A DNA stretch of 64,000 nt from Candidatus Aenigmatarchaeota archaeon (GTDB taxonomy: Archaea > Aenigmatarchaeota > Aenigmatarchaeia > QMZP01 > QMZT01). Position numbers and translations under genes: made by a program. The stretch lies in contig JAFGCI010000004.1 of assembly GCA_016932735.1 (NCBI GenBank), positions 124,711 to 188,710 on the forward strand, read 5' to 3'. This document shows, in pieces, positions 27,140-36,693 of the stretch (position 1 is its first letter; each line of letters opens with the position of its first letter). The notes beneath the pieces are model-generated. The model did no database searches. It saw only the letters and a list, made by a program, of their open reading frames with translations, and was not told where the DNA came from.

Positions 27140-27659
27140 TCAAAATCTAAACATGTCCCATTCAAGAAGCATGGGATCTTCCAGAACCAAAGGGCAGATG
27201 AGCATGATGGTGTTTGCTTTAGGTGTAGTTTTCTTTATAATGTTAGGCATATTTCTTTTTACTTCAAACATAAAATCAAAAGACACCGATTATGTCAATA
27301 TGTACGTTCATAACCTGCTCTTGTCCACGATGAGAACGAGTACAGGTTATGGGCATCCATGCATCTCAGTCTCTGACACCATTTCATGTGCGTATCTGAC
27401 ACCGAACAGGTTGTGCGGAACAGAGAAATGCTCTGATATAGTACAAAGAGTAACAGAAAGCATCATAGAAAGGGCAATTAAACCGAATTATGGTTATTTT
27501 ATTATAGTGGAGCCGGAAAACTGGGATATTGTCGGTGGGGAGAGAATAACCATGGGAGACCCTGACACTGAAAGCAAGAGACCACATTATGTCGCGAATG
27601 AAAAGATACTTGCCTACGGGAGCAACCTGAGAATAGAACTGATAATTACGACCGGCTAA
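27123..27659 (+). CDS. Pilin-like protein with a class III signal peptide
   Basis: N-terminus ...SRTKGQ-MSMMVFALGVVFFIMLGIFLFTS: a basic n-region ending in KGQ followed by a hydrophobic helix. Confidence 0.5.
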   Translation: MANAHNQNLNMSHSRSMGSSRTKGQMSMMVFALGVVFFIMLGIFLFTSNIKSKDTDYVNMYVHNLLLSTMRTSTGYGHPCISVSDTISCAYLTPNRLCGTEKCSDIVQRVTESIIERAIKPNYGYFIIVEPENWDIVGGERITMGDPDTESKRPHYVANEKILAYGSNLRIELIITTG

Positions 27660-27691
27660 TCATTTTTATTCCTTTTGCACATCCTTTATGA

Positions 27692-28972
27692 ATGGGAAAA
27701 AAGGTTTCTATACTCAATTACGGATGCACTGCTAACCATAGCCATGGAGAAATAATAGCCGGCACCCTGAAAGAACACGGTTTTATTGTTGTAGGAGAAC
27801 CAAAAGAGTCAGAAGTAATTATAATTAACAGCTGTATAGTCAAGTCTGTGACAGAGAATAGAATTAAGTCCAAAATAATAGAACTAACAAGAAAACATCC
27901 ACAGAAGCTCATTATACTCACGGGATGCGGAGCCGACGCTGAATACGGGACTTTCCGTAAAATAAATAAAAACATGATATTTGTTTCTTCGCACCACGTT
28001 AATGATATCATTGAAGCAATTGAAGAAAAGAAAGATTTTCTGGGTATCAGAAAAGAAGACAAACTACTGAAACCGAAAAAAAGGAAAAATGAGATAGTGA
28101 ATATAGTGGAAATATCACAGGGATGCCTCGGCAATTGCACGTTCTGTATAACAAAGAATGCCCGCGGAAAGCTGGAATCATATGATTCTGATAAAATCGT
28201 CAGAGAAATAGAAAAATCACTGAATGAAGGCTGCAAAGAGATATGGCTGACGTCACAGGACTGCGGTTGCTATGGTCTTGATACCAAAGAAAACCTATGC
28301 ACACTTCTGGAAAAAATAGGTAAAATAGAAGGAAATTTCAGGGTCAGAATCGGAATGTCAAATCCACAGTTCATCAGAAAGTTCCCTGAAGAATTATCAC
28401 GAATTTTAAAAGATGATAAATTCTTCAAATTTCTTCATATACCGGTTCAGTCCGGTTCTGATAAAATATTAAGGCTAATGAAAAGAGGCCACACCGTAGG
28501 CGATTTCAAAAAAATAATAAATGCCATGAGAATAAACATTCCAGATATTACAATATCTACTGATATCATTGTGGGATTTCCTGAAGAGACAGAAGCCGAT
28601 TTCAAAGAATCAGTGAAGCTTCTTCGGGACGCAAATCCGGATATAATCAACATATCTAAATTCGGAGCAAGGCCGGGAACAGAGGCAAAAACAATGAAAC
28701 AAATCGATTCAAAAAAGATAAAGGAAAGGACAGTTCTGTTGGGAGAAGTTGCTGAAAAAATAAAGAAAGAAAAAAACAAATACCATATAGGCAAGGCATA
28801 TACAATACTTATTGATGAACACGGCAAAAGAAAGAACCAGATGATAGGCCGTAGCGAGAATTATAAGCCTGTTATCATTGAAACCGAAGATGAACTGATG
28901 GGTAGATTTGTTAATGTAAAAATAAAGGAAGCAAAAGAGACTCACCTTCTCGGGGAGATTATATCGGAATGA
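27692..28972 (+). CDS. Radical-SAM methylthiotransferase, MiaB/RimO family (archaeal e-MtaB-like, t6A37 methylthiotransferase)
   Basis: 426 aa. N-terminal MTTase domain with a Cys triad (NYGCTANH...NSCIV...TGCGA), radical SAM CxxxCxxC (CLGNCTFC), C-terminal TRAM domain. Confidence 0.8.
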   Translation: MGKKVSILNYGCTANHSHGEIIAGTLKEHGFIVVGEPKESEVIIINSCIVKSVTENRIKSKIIELTRKHPQKLIILTGCGADAEYGTFRKINKNMIFVSSHHVNDIIEAIEEKKDFLGIRKEDKLLKPKKRKNEIVNIVEISQGCLGNCTFCITKNARGKLESYDSDKIVREIEKSLNEGCKEIWLTSQDCGCYGLDTKENLCTLLEKIGKIEGNFRVRIGMSNPQFIRKFPEELSRILKDDKFFKFLHIPVQSGSDKILRLMKRGHTVGDFKKIINAMRINIPDITISTDIIVGFPEETEADFKESVKLLRDANPDIINISKFGARPGTEAKTMKQIDSKKIKERTVLLGEVAEKIKKEKNKYHIGKAYTILIDEHGKRKNQMIGRSENYKPVIIETEDELMGRFVNVKIKEAKETHLLGEIISE

Positions 28973-29372
28973 AACCCGCGAGCAATTCTATTATAGTCGG
29001 TATAACAAGAAGGCTCAGTACAAATCCGATAACACCTATTATGATCGCGTGCATCATGTGGACATCCTTGAAGAATAGTTTTATACCCAGAATCCATACA
29101 ATGAGCGGAAAAATTATACCGATTAGCGGTATGAAAGCAATATATCCATATATCAGGCCGGAGAATATCGGCATGTTAATGATATTGATTAGCAGCGCCA
29201 GCATAAACGCATGAGTCGGAGCTATGTCCTCATCGGGCCCTCTTGCAATTATTTTTGTCAGCACTATTATTACAATGCCCATAACTATTGTGGATAAAAT
29301 AATATTTACAGCCATTCCTATGGGGTCACCGAAGTTGAGGCCACCGGTAACTGCATCAAGAATATCTGTCAT
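28959..29372 (-). CDS. Small hypothetical membrane protein (about 4 TM)
   Basis: 137 aa and very hydrophobic. Its 3' end overlaps the 3' end of the MTTase gene (convergent). Confidence 0.35.
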   Translation of the reverse strand: MTDILDAVTGGLNFGDPIGMAVNIILSTIVMGIVIIVLTKIIARGPDEDIAPTHAFMLALLINIINMPIFSGLIYGYIAFIPLIGIIFPLIVWILGIKLFFKDVHMMHAIIIGVIGFVLSLLVIPTIIELLAGFIPI

Positions 29373-29411
29373 ATTATTTAGTTGGTTTTCTTGTTTAAAA
29401 GTGTTAGGCGG

Positions 29412-30845
29412 TTAAAGTGGAAGCATCTCACTGTATTTTTCCATATATGTAGTCATTTCAATTATCCTGTTCTCAAGAAGCTCTTTTGTTTTGGCCTCAA
29501 TATTAAGCCTCAGGACAGGGTCATTTGCAGAAGGCCTTAGGTTGAATCTCCAGTCATGATAATCCACTGATAATGTATCAAGACGGTTTATTTCATATTT
29601 TCCGTATTTTTCCTGCGTGAAATGTTCTTCAACTTTATTCACTACAAAGCTGAATTTTTCATCGTGCGTATCTCCCACAGCTTTCGTGACGTCGAAATTC
29701 ATTTCGAGGCTGTCGTGATACGAATGCGTTTCTTCAAATATCTCAGAAAATTTCTTATTATATTTAGACATCATTTCCATTATCTGCAGGATTGGTATAA
29801 GGGCGTTATCCACCATGAAATTATCAAAATTATAGAATATGTGACCCGATTTTTCCCCACCAAAAAGCGCTTTCCTTTTATTCATCTCGTTCTTGAAATA
29901 TGCATGACCACATCTGACCCTTACGGGATTTCCGCCGTATTTTTCAGCCATATTCCGGATAAACCATTCCGCGCGGGACTCATGAATTATATCTCCTTTA
30001 CCTTTTTTCTTTAACATCTCTGCCGCAAGAACACCAACTATAAACTCACCGTTTATGTAGTTCCCATTCTCATCTATGAAAATTGTCCTGTCGGCATCTC
30101 CATCAAAAGCGACTCCGAAGTCAGCATTTCCGGTCTTTATCGTTTCAACGATCTGCTTCCTGTTTGATGCCAGGAATGGATTCGGGTCGTGCACGGGGAA
30201 ATGACCGTCGGGATCGAAATTAAGTGGCATAATGTCACAGTTTACATTTTTGAATATTTTGTTAATTAAAAGGCCGCCAACACCGTTGCCGGCATCAAAA
30301 ACAACTTTGAATGGCTTTATTTTCTTCAGATCTATGAAAGAAAGGCAGGAATTAATGAAATCGTTTGTTATATCTTTCTGAGTTACTTTACCCTTCTTTT
30401 CAGAAACTTTTCTGAACTTTCCATTATCATAAATTTTCTTGACTTTCTCAAGTCCAAAATTCATGGCAATTGGATGCGCGTTCTTTCCTACTATCTTCAT
30501 TCCGTTAAAGTCCTTGGGCATATGCGATGCCGTTATCTGGACACCTGCATCATAACCGTAGTATCCGACCGAAAAATAAAGGAAATCGGTCCCATTCATA
30601 CCTAGATCGATTACATTAACACCGAGCTCGGTGAAGCCTCTTATAAGACCATCTGCTATTTCCTTTCCACTGCGCCTGGAATCCCTTGATATTGCTACAT
30701 TTCTACATTTCAGGTAGGTAGTAAGAGCCTTGGCAACCCTGCAAGCGACTTCACTATTAATATCTTCCGGGTAGAATCCGCGCATATCGTATTCCCTGAA
30801 AAGTCTCATATGCCTTTCTTTCATAAGCTCTTCCATGTAACCCAC
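29412..30845 (-). CDS. Alpha-D-phosphohexomutase (phosphoglucosamine/phosphomannomutase/phosphoglucomutase family)
   Basis: 477 aa. Active-site Ser loop ITASHMP (cf. TASHNP), Mg-binding FDGDADR, sugar-binding GGEKSGH. By context it could act as the GlmM-equivalent. Confidence 0.8.
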   Translation of the reverse strand: MGYMEELMKERHMRLFREYDMRGFYPEDINSEVACRVAKALTTYLKCRNVAISRDSRRSGKEIADGLIRGFTELGVNVIDLGMNGTDFLYFSVGYYGYDAGVQITASHMPKDFNGMKIVGKNAHPIAMNFGLEKVKKIYDNGKFRKVSEKKGKVTQKDITNDFINSCLSFIDLKKIKPFKVVFDAGNGVGGLLINKIFKNVNCDIMPLNFDPDGHFPVHDPNPFLASNRKQIVETIKTGNADFGVAFDGDADRTIFIDENGNYINGEFIVGVLAAEMLKKKGKGDIIHESRAEWFIRNMAEKYGGNPVRVRCGHAYFKNEMNKRKALFGGEKSGHIFYNFDNFMVDNALIPILQIMEMMSKYNKKFSEIFEETHSYHDSLEMNFDVTKAVGDTHDEKFSFVVNKVEEHFTQEKYGKYEINRLDTLSVDYHDWRFNLRPSANDPVLRLNIEAKTKELLENRIIEMTTYMEKYSEMLPL

Positions 30846-30854
30846 ATCATCACC

Positions 30855-31556
30855 TCAGTCAAGATAATTTCCTTCCAGTATGAATTTTTCAGTTTTTTCC
30901 AGATCTTCAAGTGTGCTCATTTCCTTCCAGTATCCCCCGACTTCCAGAACTTTAACTTTCTTCTCTTCAGCGAGAAGAGATATCGCATCTGTAAGCTCAA
31001 TTTCACCCCTAGTTGATTTTCCGACCTTCAGAAGTTTATCAAATACTTCGGGAGTGAATTTGTATAATCCTGTATTGACAAGGTCTGAGACGAAATCCTT
31101 CGGTTTCTCAACTATCTTTACAAGAAAACCACTTTTCTTTATTATTACACCATACCTTTCAGGATGCTCATCCCTTATACCGAACATATAATTGTATTTA
31201 TCCCGCATGTCGAGCTTGCTTATATCTTTGTTTGAATAGAGATTGTCACCATAAATAACAACGAAATTATCCTTCCCTACCCAGTTCTTTGCGAGCATAA
31301 CTGCATGGCCTGTTCCCAGTTGCTCTTCCTGAAAAATAAGTTTGTATTTTATTTTCTCCTTTTTTAAGAAATCCTCAATTTTCTCTTTCTTATAGCCTAC
31401 TATGAATCCGAAATCATCAAAACCGGCTTTCATAAGGTTCTCGATTACATAGTGAAGGAAAGGCTTGCCTGCGACATCTATAAGAACCTTCGGTTTATCC
31501 AGTGTAAGAGGCCTCATCCGGATTCCCTTTCCGGCAGCCAGAATCAATGCTTTCAT
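30855..31556 (-). CDS. Sugar-1-phosphate nucleotidyltransferase (GlmU N-terminal / RmlA-like)
   Basis: MKALILAAGKGIRMRPLTLDKPKVLIDVAGKPFLHYVIENL matches the G-x-G-T-R-x(n)-PK signature of NTP-transferase. 233 aa, so no LbH acetyltransferase domain is present. Confidence 0.8.
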   Translation of the reverse strand: MKALILAAGKGIRMRPLTLDKPKVLIDVAGKPFLHYVIENLMKAGFDDFGFIVGYKKEKIEDFLKKEKIKYKLIFQEEQLGTGHAVMLAKNWVGKDNFVVIYGDNLYSNKDISKLDMRDKYNYMFGIRDEHPERYGVIIKKSGFLVKIVEKPKDFVSDLVNTGLYKFTPEVFDKLLKVGKSTRGEIELTDAISLLAEEKKVKVLEVGGYWKEMSTLEDLEKTEKFILEGNYLD

Positions 31557-31560
31557 ATAA

Positions 31561-33231
31561 TTACCTGTTTACACCGTTAATTAAATTTATCAGCACTCCG
31601 GCTATTTTTTCAGGATCGTGTCTCATTATATCAGGATCATGTTTTCCCCTGTCGGGTCTTTCCTTCATTTCCCATAAAATATCTTCCTTTATCTTTTTAA
31701 AATACGATTCTTCAATATCATCAGTAACAATTTCCAGCCCCTCCATCTTATATTTTTCAATAGATTTCTTATCCGGAGATTTTTTGTTAACTATTATATA
31801 ATCAAGAGTTTTACCCATATATTTTTCAAGGTCTTTTATGTGGTCCGAGAGCAGGTAGCCTTCTGTCTGTCCTTTCTGGGTTACAAGATTTGAAATATAA
31901 ATTATTTTCGCCCGTGTTTTCTCCAGAGATTCTTTCATGCCTTTCATAAGAAGATTTGTTATTATACTCGTGTAGAGGCTACCCGGCCCTATTACAACCA
32001 GATCGGCCGATTCGATTTCCTTCAGGCATTCAGGCAAAGCAGATGCTTCAGGCTCAAGGAAGGCTATTTTTATTCTTGCCTTGTCCTCCCTTTTGTAAAT
32101 CTCATAATCTTTCTTGAAGACAGTTCCGTCTTCCAGTTCAGCGCATATATGGCAGTCTTCCAAAGTAACTGGAAGAACCCTTCCTTTTATATGAAGAATC
32201 TCTCCAGCCTCTTTAACAGCCTCTTCAAAACTTCCTGTAATCTTGGTCAGCGCCGCTATGAAAAGATTACCAAAACTCATGTCACCAAGTCTTCCTTTGC
32301 CCTCGAATCTGTATCTGAGCAGGTTCTGGACGTGCTCCGATCTTTCTGAAAGGGCTATCAGGCAATTCTTGATATCTGCCGGCGGGAGAATTTTCAATTC
32401 CTCTCGTATTATCCCGGAACTTCTGCCTGCATCTGTTACAGTCACGATAGCTGTTATATCGTTAGTGTATTTTTTCAGACCTTTCAGGATTCTGGATAGG
32501 CCCGTGCCTCCGCCTATACAGACTATCTTGGGTTCTCTTTCAGATTCGAGAATTTTAATTACTAAAGGCAGTTCTGTTATCCTTTTTATTTTATAGTCAG
32601 GCTCTTCGAACTTGTCTTTTGGCTTTACATCACTATATTTTCCAAATAGCATCTGGACGGTTTTCATTCTCAATTTGTTGCCTATTAATATTTCAGAATT
32701 TATCCTGTCCCCGACAACAACAAACTCAGAAGCACAGAATCCAGATTTTTTCAGAACTCTCTCAAAGTCGTTTACTTTATCTGGATCCTTTTCTATATCG
32801 TTTATTACTATTTCATCAAACTTGTCTTTCAATCCAAGAGCTTCTATCTTCTTCATTTGTCTTATATGGAGACCCGCCGTAATGAGTATCAGCCTGTATT
32901 TTTTTCTTAATTTTATGAGGGTCTCACTGGCGCCTGGAAATGATTCTATTTTACCAACGTCATCGTTATTATAAGCTTTTAATGCATTCTCAACAAAATT
33001 CTTTTCCTTTACTCCGAATTCCTCGGCCATCTTATTGAACACATCGCATCTTGGACCGAATTTTTCCAGATATTCTATCTGTTTTTTATAAGCCCGATTC
33101 TCTGACAGAGGAAGACCGTCAGCTATCATGGATTTTGCGGCTCTCTTCATTGCCTGTTTTCTCAATACTCCGCAATCATATAACGTGTCGTCGAGATCAA
33201 ATATTATGGCCTTTATTGACATAAGTTTCAC
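31561..33231 (-). CDS. Fusion protein: HAD-superfamily hydrolase (N-terminal) plus YvcK/CofD-like (UPF0052, gluconeogenesis-factor family) domain
   Basis: N-terminal HAD motif I IIFDLDDTLYD with later motifs (VVGDRINSEI). C-terminal IVCIGGGTGLSRILKGLKKYTNDITAIVTVTDAGRSSG, typical of the CofD/YvcK family. Confidence 0.6.
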   Translation of the reverse strand: MKLMSIKAIIFDLDDTLYDCGVLRKQAMKRAAKSMIADGLPLSENRAYKKQIEYLEKFGPRCDVFNKMAEEFGVKEKNFVENALKAYNNDDVGKIESFPGASETLIKLRKKYRLILITAGLHIRQMKKIEALGLKDKFDEIVINDIEKDPDKVNDFERVLKKSGFCASEFVVVGDRINSEILIGNKLRMKTVQMLFGKYSDVKPKDKFEEPDYKIKRITELPLVIKILESEREPKIVCIGGGTGLSRILKGLKKYTNDITAIVTVTDAGRSSGIIREELKILPPADIKNCLIALSERSEHVQNLLRYRFEGKGRLGDMSFGNLFIAALTKITGSFEEAVKEAGEILHIKGRVLPVTLEDCHICAELEDGTVFKKDYEIYKREDKARIKIAFLEPEASALPECLKEIESADLVVIGPGSLYTSIITNLLMKGMKESLEKTRAKIIYISNLVTQKGQTEGYLLSDHIKDLEKYMGKTLDYIIVNKKSPDKKSIEKYKMEGLEIVTDDIEESYFKKIKEDILWEMKERPDRGKHDPDIMRHDPEKIAGVLINLINGVNR

Positions 33232-33708
33232 CTAGTCAAAGAATATACTCATTAACCACTCGCCTTTTCCTTTATAGTAATGGTCTTTCAATGTAACTTC
33301 ATATGAGAAACCTAATACCTTGTAGAATTCCTGAGCTCTCATGTTATCTTCATGTGTGAGGAGATATAGCTTCCTCAGAGTGTATCCTTTCTCTTTATAG
33401 TATTTCTTTATATCCTCAAACAGGAATTCAAAAAGAAATTTTGAAACGCCTTTACCTCTGAATTCGGGTAGCAAGCCAATCCTATCTAGTTCTGCAAGCC
33501 CGTGTTTTGGGAGTCCATGTATAATCCATGAAGCAATTCCAATAATACCAGTTTCAGAAAATGAAACAACGAAATTGTGACCTTTCTCTAATTCACTCAA
33601 GAACGTTTCTTTTCCTTCATCAACATCTTTAATATTGTAGCATTCTTTTAACACGAAACCTATTTCTTCAGCGTCACTTTCTTTGGCTCTTCTGTATTTT
33701 ATATTCAT
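33232..33708 (-). CDS. GNAT-family N-acetyltransferase
   Basis: 158 aa. Acetyl-CoA binding motif A region LLPEFRGKGVSKFLFEFL (Q/R-x-x-G-x-G/A). Confidence 0.7.
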   Translation of the reverse strand: MNIKYRRAKESDAEEIGFVLKECYNIKDVDEGKETFLSELEKGHNFVVSFSETGIIGIASWIIHGLPKHGLAELDRIGLLPEFRGKGVSKFLFEFLFEDIKKYYKEKGYTLRKLYLLTHEDNMRAQEFYKVLGFSYEVTLKDHYYKGKGEWLMSIFFD

Positions 33709-35504
33709 TCGACAGTCACCGATTTTGCGAGATTTTTTGGCTTGTCGGGATCCAATCCCTTAAGGTCTGCAATATGATAAGCCAATAACTGCAGTGGGAT
33801 TGTATTTATTATTGGCATCAGCTCTTCCCTACATTTTGGCACATAAATAACATGGTCGGAAATCTTCTTAATTTCCTCGTCACCTTCGGTTGCTATTGTT
33901 ATTATTACACCATTCCTGGCTTTTATCTCCTGCATGTTGCTCATTATTTTTTTGTAAGACTCCCCATTCTTGTTGGCTATAAAGACGACGGGCATCTTTT
34001 CATCTACCAGCGCGATTGGGCCATGTTTCATCTCGGCGGCGGGATAGCCTTCAGCGTGTATATATGAGATTTCCTTAAGTTTTAATGCACCTTCAAGCGC
34101 TACAGGAAAGTTTATTCCCCTACCAAGATAAAGTGCATTCGGATGATTATAGAAGTATTCAGCTACATTTCTGATACCAGCACTCGTTTCCAGAACACTG
34201 CTTATTTTTTCCGGAATACTTTTTAGACTTTTTAACAGTTCTTCATCAACATTTTTCCCGAGTTCCTGGTTTATTGATAATGCCAGAAGAATAAGAGATA
34301 TTATCTGGCTTGTGAAAGCTTTTGTAGATGCAACACCTATCTCAGGACCCGCATGTATATAGATGCCGTTTTCGGATTCTCTGGCTATTGTGGAGCCTAC
34401 GACATTGACTATTCCAAGCGTTTTTACTCCCTTTTTTTTTGCTTCATGGAGGGCTGCCAAGGTATCAGCAGTCTCCCCCGACTGGCTTATAACTATTACT
34501 AAATCGTCTTTGCCTATTAACGGGTCTCTGTACCTGAACTCTGATGCGTAATCGACTTCAACAGGGATATTGCACATCTTTTCGATAAGATATTTTCCAA
34601 CAATGGCAGCATGCCAACTCGTGCCGCATGCGGTTATAACAACCCTTCTCATATTCTGCAGGAAATCTTTACTGAGACCAGTGCTTAATTTTATTGAATC
34701 GTTTTTTATCCTTCCTAACATAGTGTTCTGCAGAGATTCTGGCTGTTCCATTATCTCCTTTAACATAAAATGTTTGAAACCTTTCTTTTCAATTTCCTTT
34801 ATATCCCATTCTATCTTTTCTATTTCATTTTCAATTTTTCTGAAAGTTCTGCCCATGATTCTGACGTTATCTTTTGTAACAGAGGCCATCTGGCCGTCCT
34901 TAAGATAAATTATATCCTTTGTCTTCTGAACTATCGCGGAAACATCTGATGCGATTATATTACCACTTTCAGATACACCTATTACTACCGGACTACCATT
35001 CCTTGCTGCCACTATCTTTTCTTCAGACATCTGTATTGCAAGAATACCGTATGTTCCTTCTAACAAGCCTACGGCTTTATAAACAGCCTTTTCAAGATCG
35101 CCTTTGTAGTACGTTTCTATAAGATGGGCTATGACCTCAGAATCCGTATCGGACCGAAATTTGTGGCCGTGTTTCTCCAGCATTTTCTTCAGCCAAGAAA
35201 AATTCTCTATTATCCCGTTATGGACTATTGCAATATCCTTTTTATTATCAAAATGCGGATGCGCATTTTTCTCGGTGACATTACCATGCGTTGCCCATCT
35301 AGTGTGACCTATTCCCATTTTACCCGGAATGGATTTTGAACCATCCTCGCTTATTTTACCAACATGTTTTCTCAGCTCTATTTTATGATTTTCGCAGACA
35401 GCTATGCCATATGAGTCGTAGCCTCTGTATTCCATTTTTCTGAGGCCGTCCATGATGATAGGATAGCATTCTTCAATTCCTATATAACCAATAATACCGC
35501 ACAT
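33705..35504 (-). CDS. glmS: Glutamine--fructose-6-phosphate aminotransferase (isomerising)
   Basis: 599 aa. N-terminal MCGIIGYIG (Ntn glutaminase Cys1), two SIS domains, C-terminal ...LAKSVTVE. Confidence 0.9.
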   Translation of the reverse strand: MCGIIGYIGIEECYPIIMDGLRKMEYRGYDSYGIAVCENHKIELRKHVGKISEDGSKSIPGKMGIGHTRWATHGNVTEKNAHPHFDNKKDIAIVHNGIIENFSWLKKMLEKHGHKFRSDTDSEVIAHLIETYYKGDLEKAVYKAVGLLEGTYGILAIQMSEEKIVAARNGSPVVIGVSESGNIIASDVSAIVQKTKDIIYLKDGQMASVTKDNVRIMGRTFRKIENEIEKIEWDIKEIEKKGFKHFMLKEIMEQPESLQNTMLGRIKNDSIKLSTGLSKDFLQNMRRVVITACGTSWHAAIVGKYLIEKMCNIPVEVDYASEFRYRDPLIGKDDLVIVISQSGETADTLAALHEAKKKGVKTLGIVNVVGSTIARESENGIYIHAGPEIGVASTKAFTSQIISLILLALSINQELGKNVDEELLKSLKSIPEKISSVLETSAGIRNVAEYFYNHPNALYLGRGINFPVALEGALKLKEISYIHAEGYPAAEMKHGPIALVDEKMPVVFIANKNGESYKKIMSNMQEIKARNGVIITIATEGDEEIKKISDHVIYVPKCREELMPIINTIPLQLLAYHIADLKGLDPDKPKNLAKSVTVE

Positions 35505-35664
35505 ATTGACACCGCAATTTAGAGATTATAAGAGATTATATGCCTTCTTTAAAAGGCTTTCTCGAGGAAAAAATCATAATTGAACGTCTTTTTGGCCTTT
35601 CCCGAAGAAAGCTATTTAAATATTATTATAAATTATTTTTTAATATTATGAATAAGGTTATAAT

Positions 35665-36591
35665 ATGTCTGGGTATTTTATAATTGAGTCAGGAAGGAAG
35701 AACAGAACATGCGAAATCATGATTGTTGATAAGCCTGAAAAACTGGAAGCAATGTCCAATATCATAGCATGGAAGCTTCTCGAATTAATGAAGACTCCTC
35801 AGTGTCCTATTGACCTTGCAAGAGCGCTGAAAATTCACGAGCAGAAAGTCTATTATCACATAAGAAAGCTGAGAGATGCAGGGATCATTGAGGAGGTCAG
35901 GACAGAAAGTCGGCATGGAACCGTGGCAAGGTTCTATGAAATAAAATCCAGTGCTATTGGCACGTTTTTGCCAGGAGCAAAAATGGAAAAGATAACCTTT
36001 GCTGCTCCCCGATACAACAGGAACATGGAACCTTTCATTGTTGAAGGGAGATCGAACTTTACGATAGTGGTCGGCTCACCGGAGCCACACGGACCATTCC
36101 GAGCCCGCGCCTCGGATGCGATGTGTGCAATCGATTTAGGTTTGTTCTTGGGTTCCTTCACAACGGGAATTGAGGAAGCCAACTACAAACTGGACGTCGA
36201 AATCAGAGAAAGGGATTTGAAACAGAATTTGATAATAATAGGCGGTCCTGTTGCCAACATGATTACGAAAAAAATAAACGAGAAGATGCCCATAAAAATA
36301 ATGCTTAAAATGGACAGGAGTATATTCTCAGCACTTTCAAAAAAATACTACGATAACGATGCAAGCGGTTATATCATTGTAACTGATAATCCATGGGCAA
36401 AGGGAAAAAGGATAATGGTTCTTGCCGGAAAAAGATTTATCGGTACGCGGGCAGCAGTGCTTTTTCTGATAAAAAAATTCGACAAAATATTCGAGGGCAA
36501 CAGATGGGACAGCAATATACTGGCACGCGTTGTCAGAGGATACGATATGGACGGTGACGGGATAATAGACACCGCGGAGCTCATTGAATAA
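35665..36591 (+). CDS. Winged-helix (ArsR/TrmB-like) transcriptional regulator with an uncharacterised C-terminal domain
   Basis: N-terminal HTH (SNIIAWKLLELMKTPQCPIDLARALKIHEQKVYYHIRKLRDAGIIEE). C-terminal ~200 aa without recognisable motifs. Divergent from glmS and immediately upstream of the giant surface-protein gene. Confidence 0.5.
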   Translation: MSGYFIIESGRKNRTCEIMIVDKPEKLEAMSNIIAWKLLELMKTPQCPIDLARALKIHEQKVYYHIRKLRDAGIIEEVRTESRHGTVARFYEIKSSAIGTFLPGAKMEKITFAAPRYNRNMEPFIVEGRSNFTIVVGSPEPHGPFRARASDAMCAIDLGLFLGSFTTGIEEANYKLDVEIRERDLKQNLIIIGGPVANMITKKINEKMPIKIMLKMDRSIFSALSKKYYDNDASGYIIVTDNPWAKGKRIMVLAGKRFIGTRAAVLFLIKKFDKIFEGNRWDSNILARVVRGYDMDGDGIIDTAELIE

Positions 36592-36693
36592 AGACCCAAT
36601 AAATATAAATCCTATACCGATATATTAACTAACCGTTGGCCAAGTTCATTAATTCAAAAAAGGGTTGTCGGGATAAGGTGTGAGGGGGATTCA

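Noticed and set aside
35505-35664. Tandem direct repeat agagattata x2 and a near-palindrome (ctttcccgaagaaag) in the glmS/regulator intergenic region as a defined operator
   Set aside because: Too short and imperfect to call a binding site from sequence alone. Mentioned only as context under the regulator finding.
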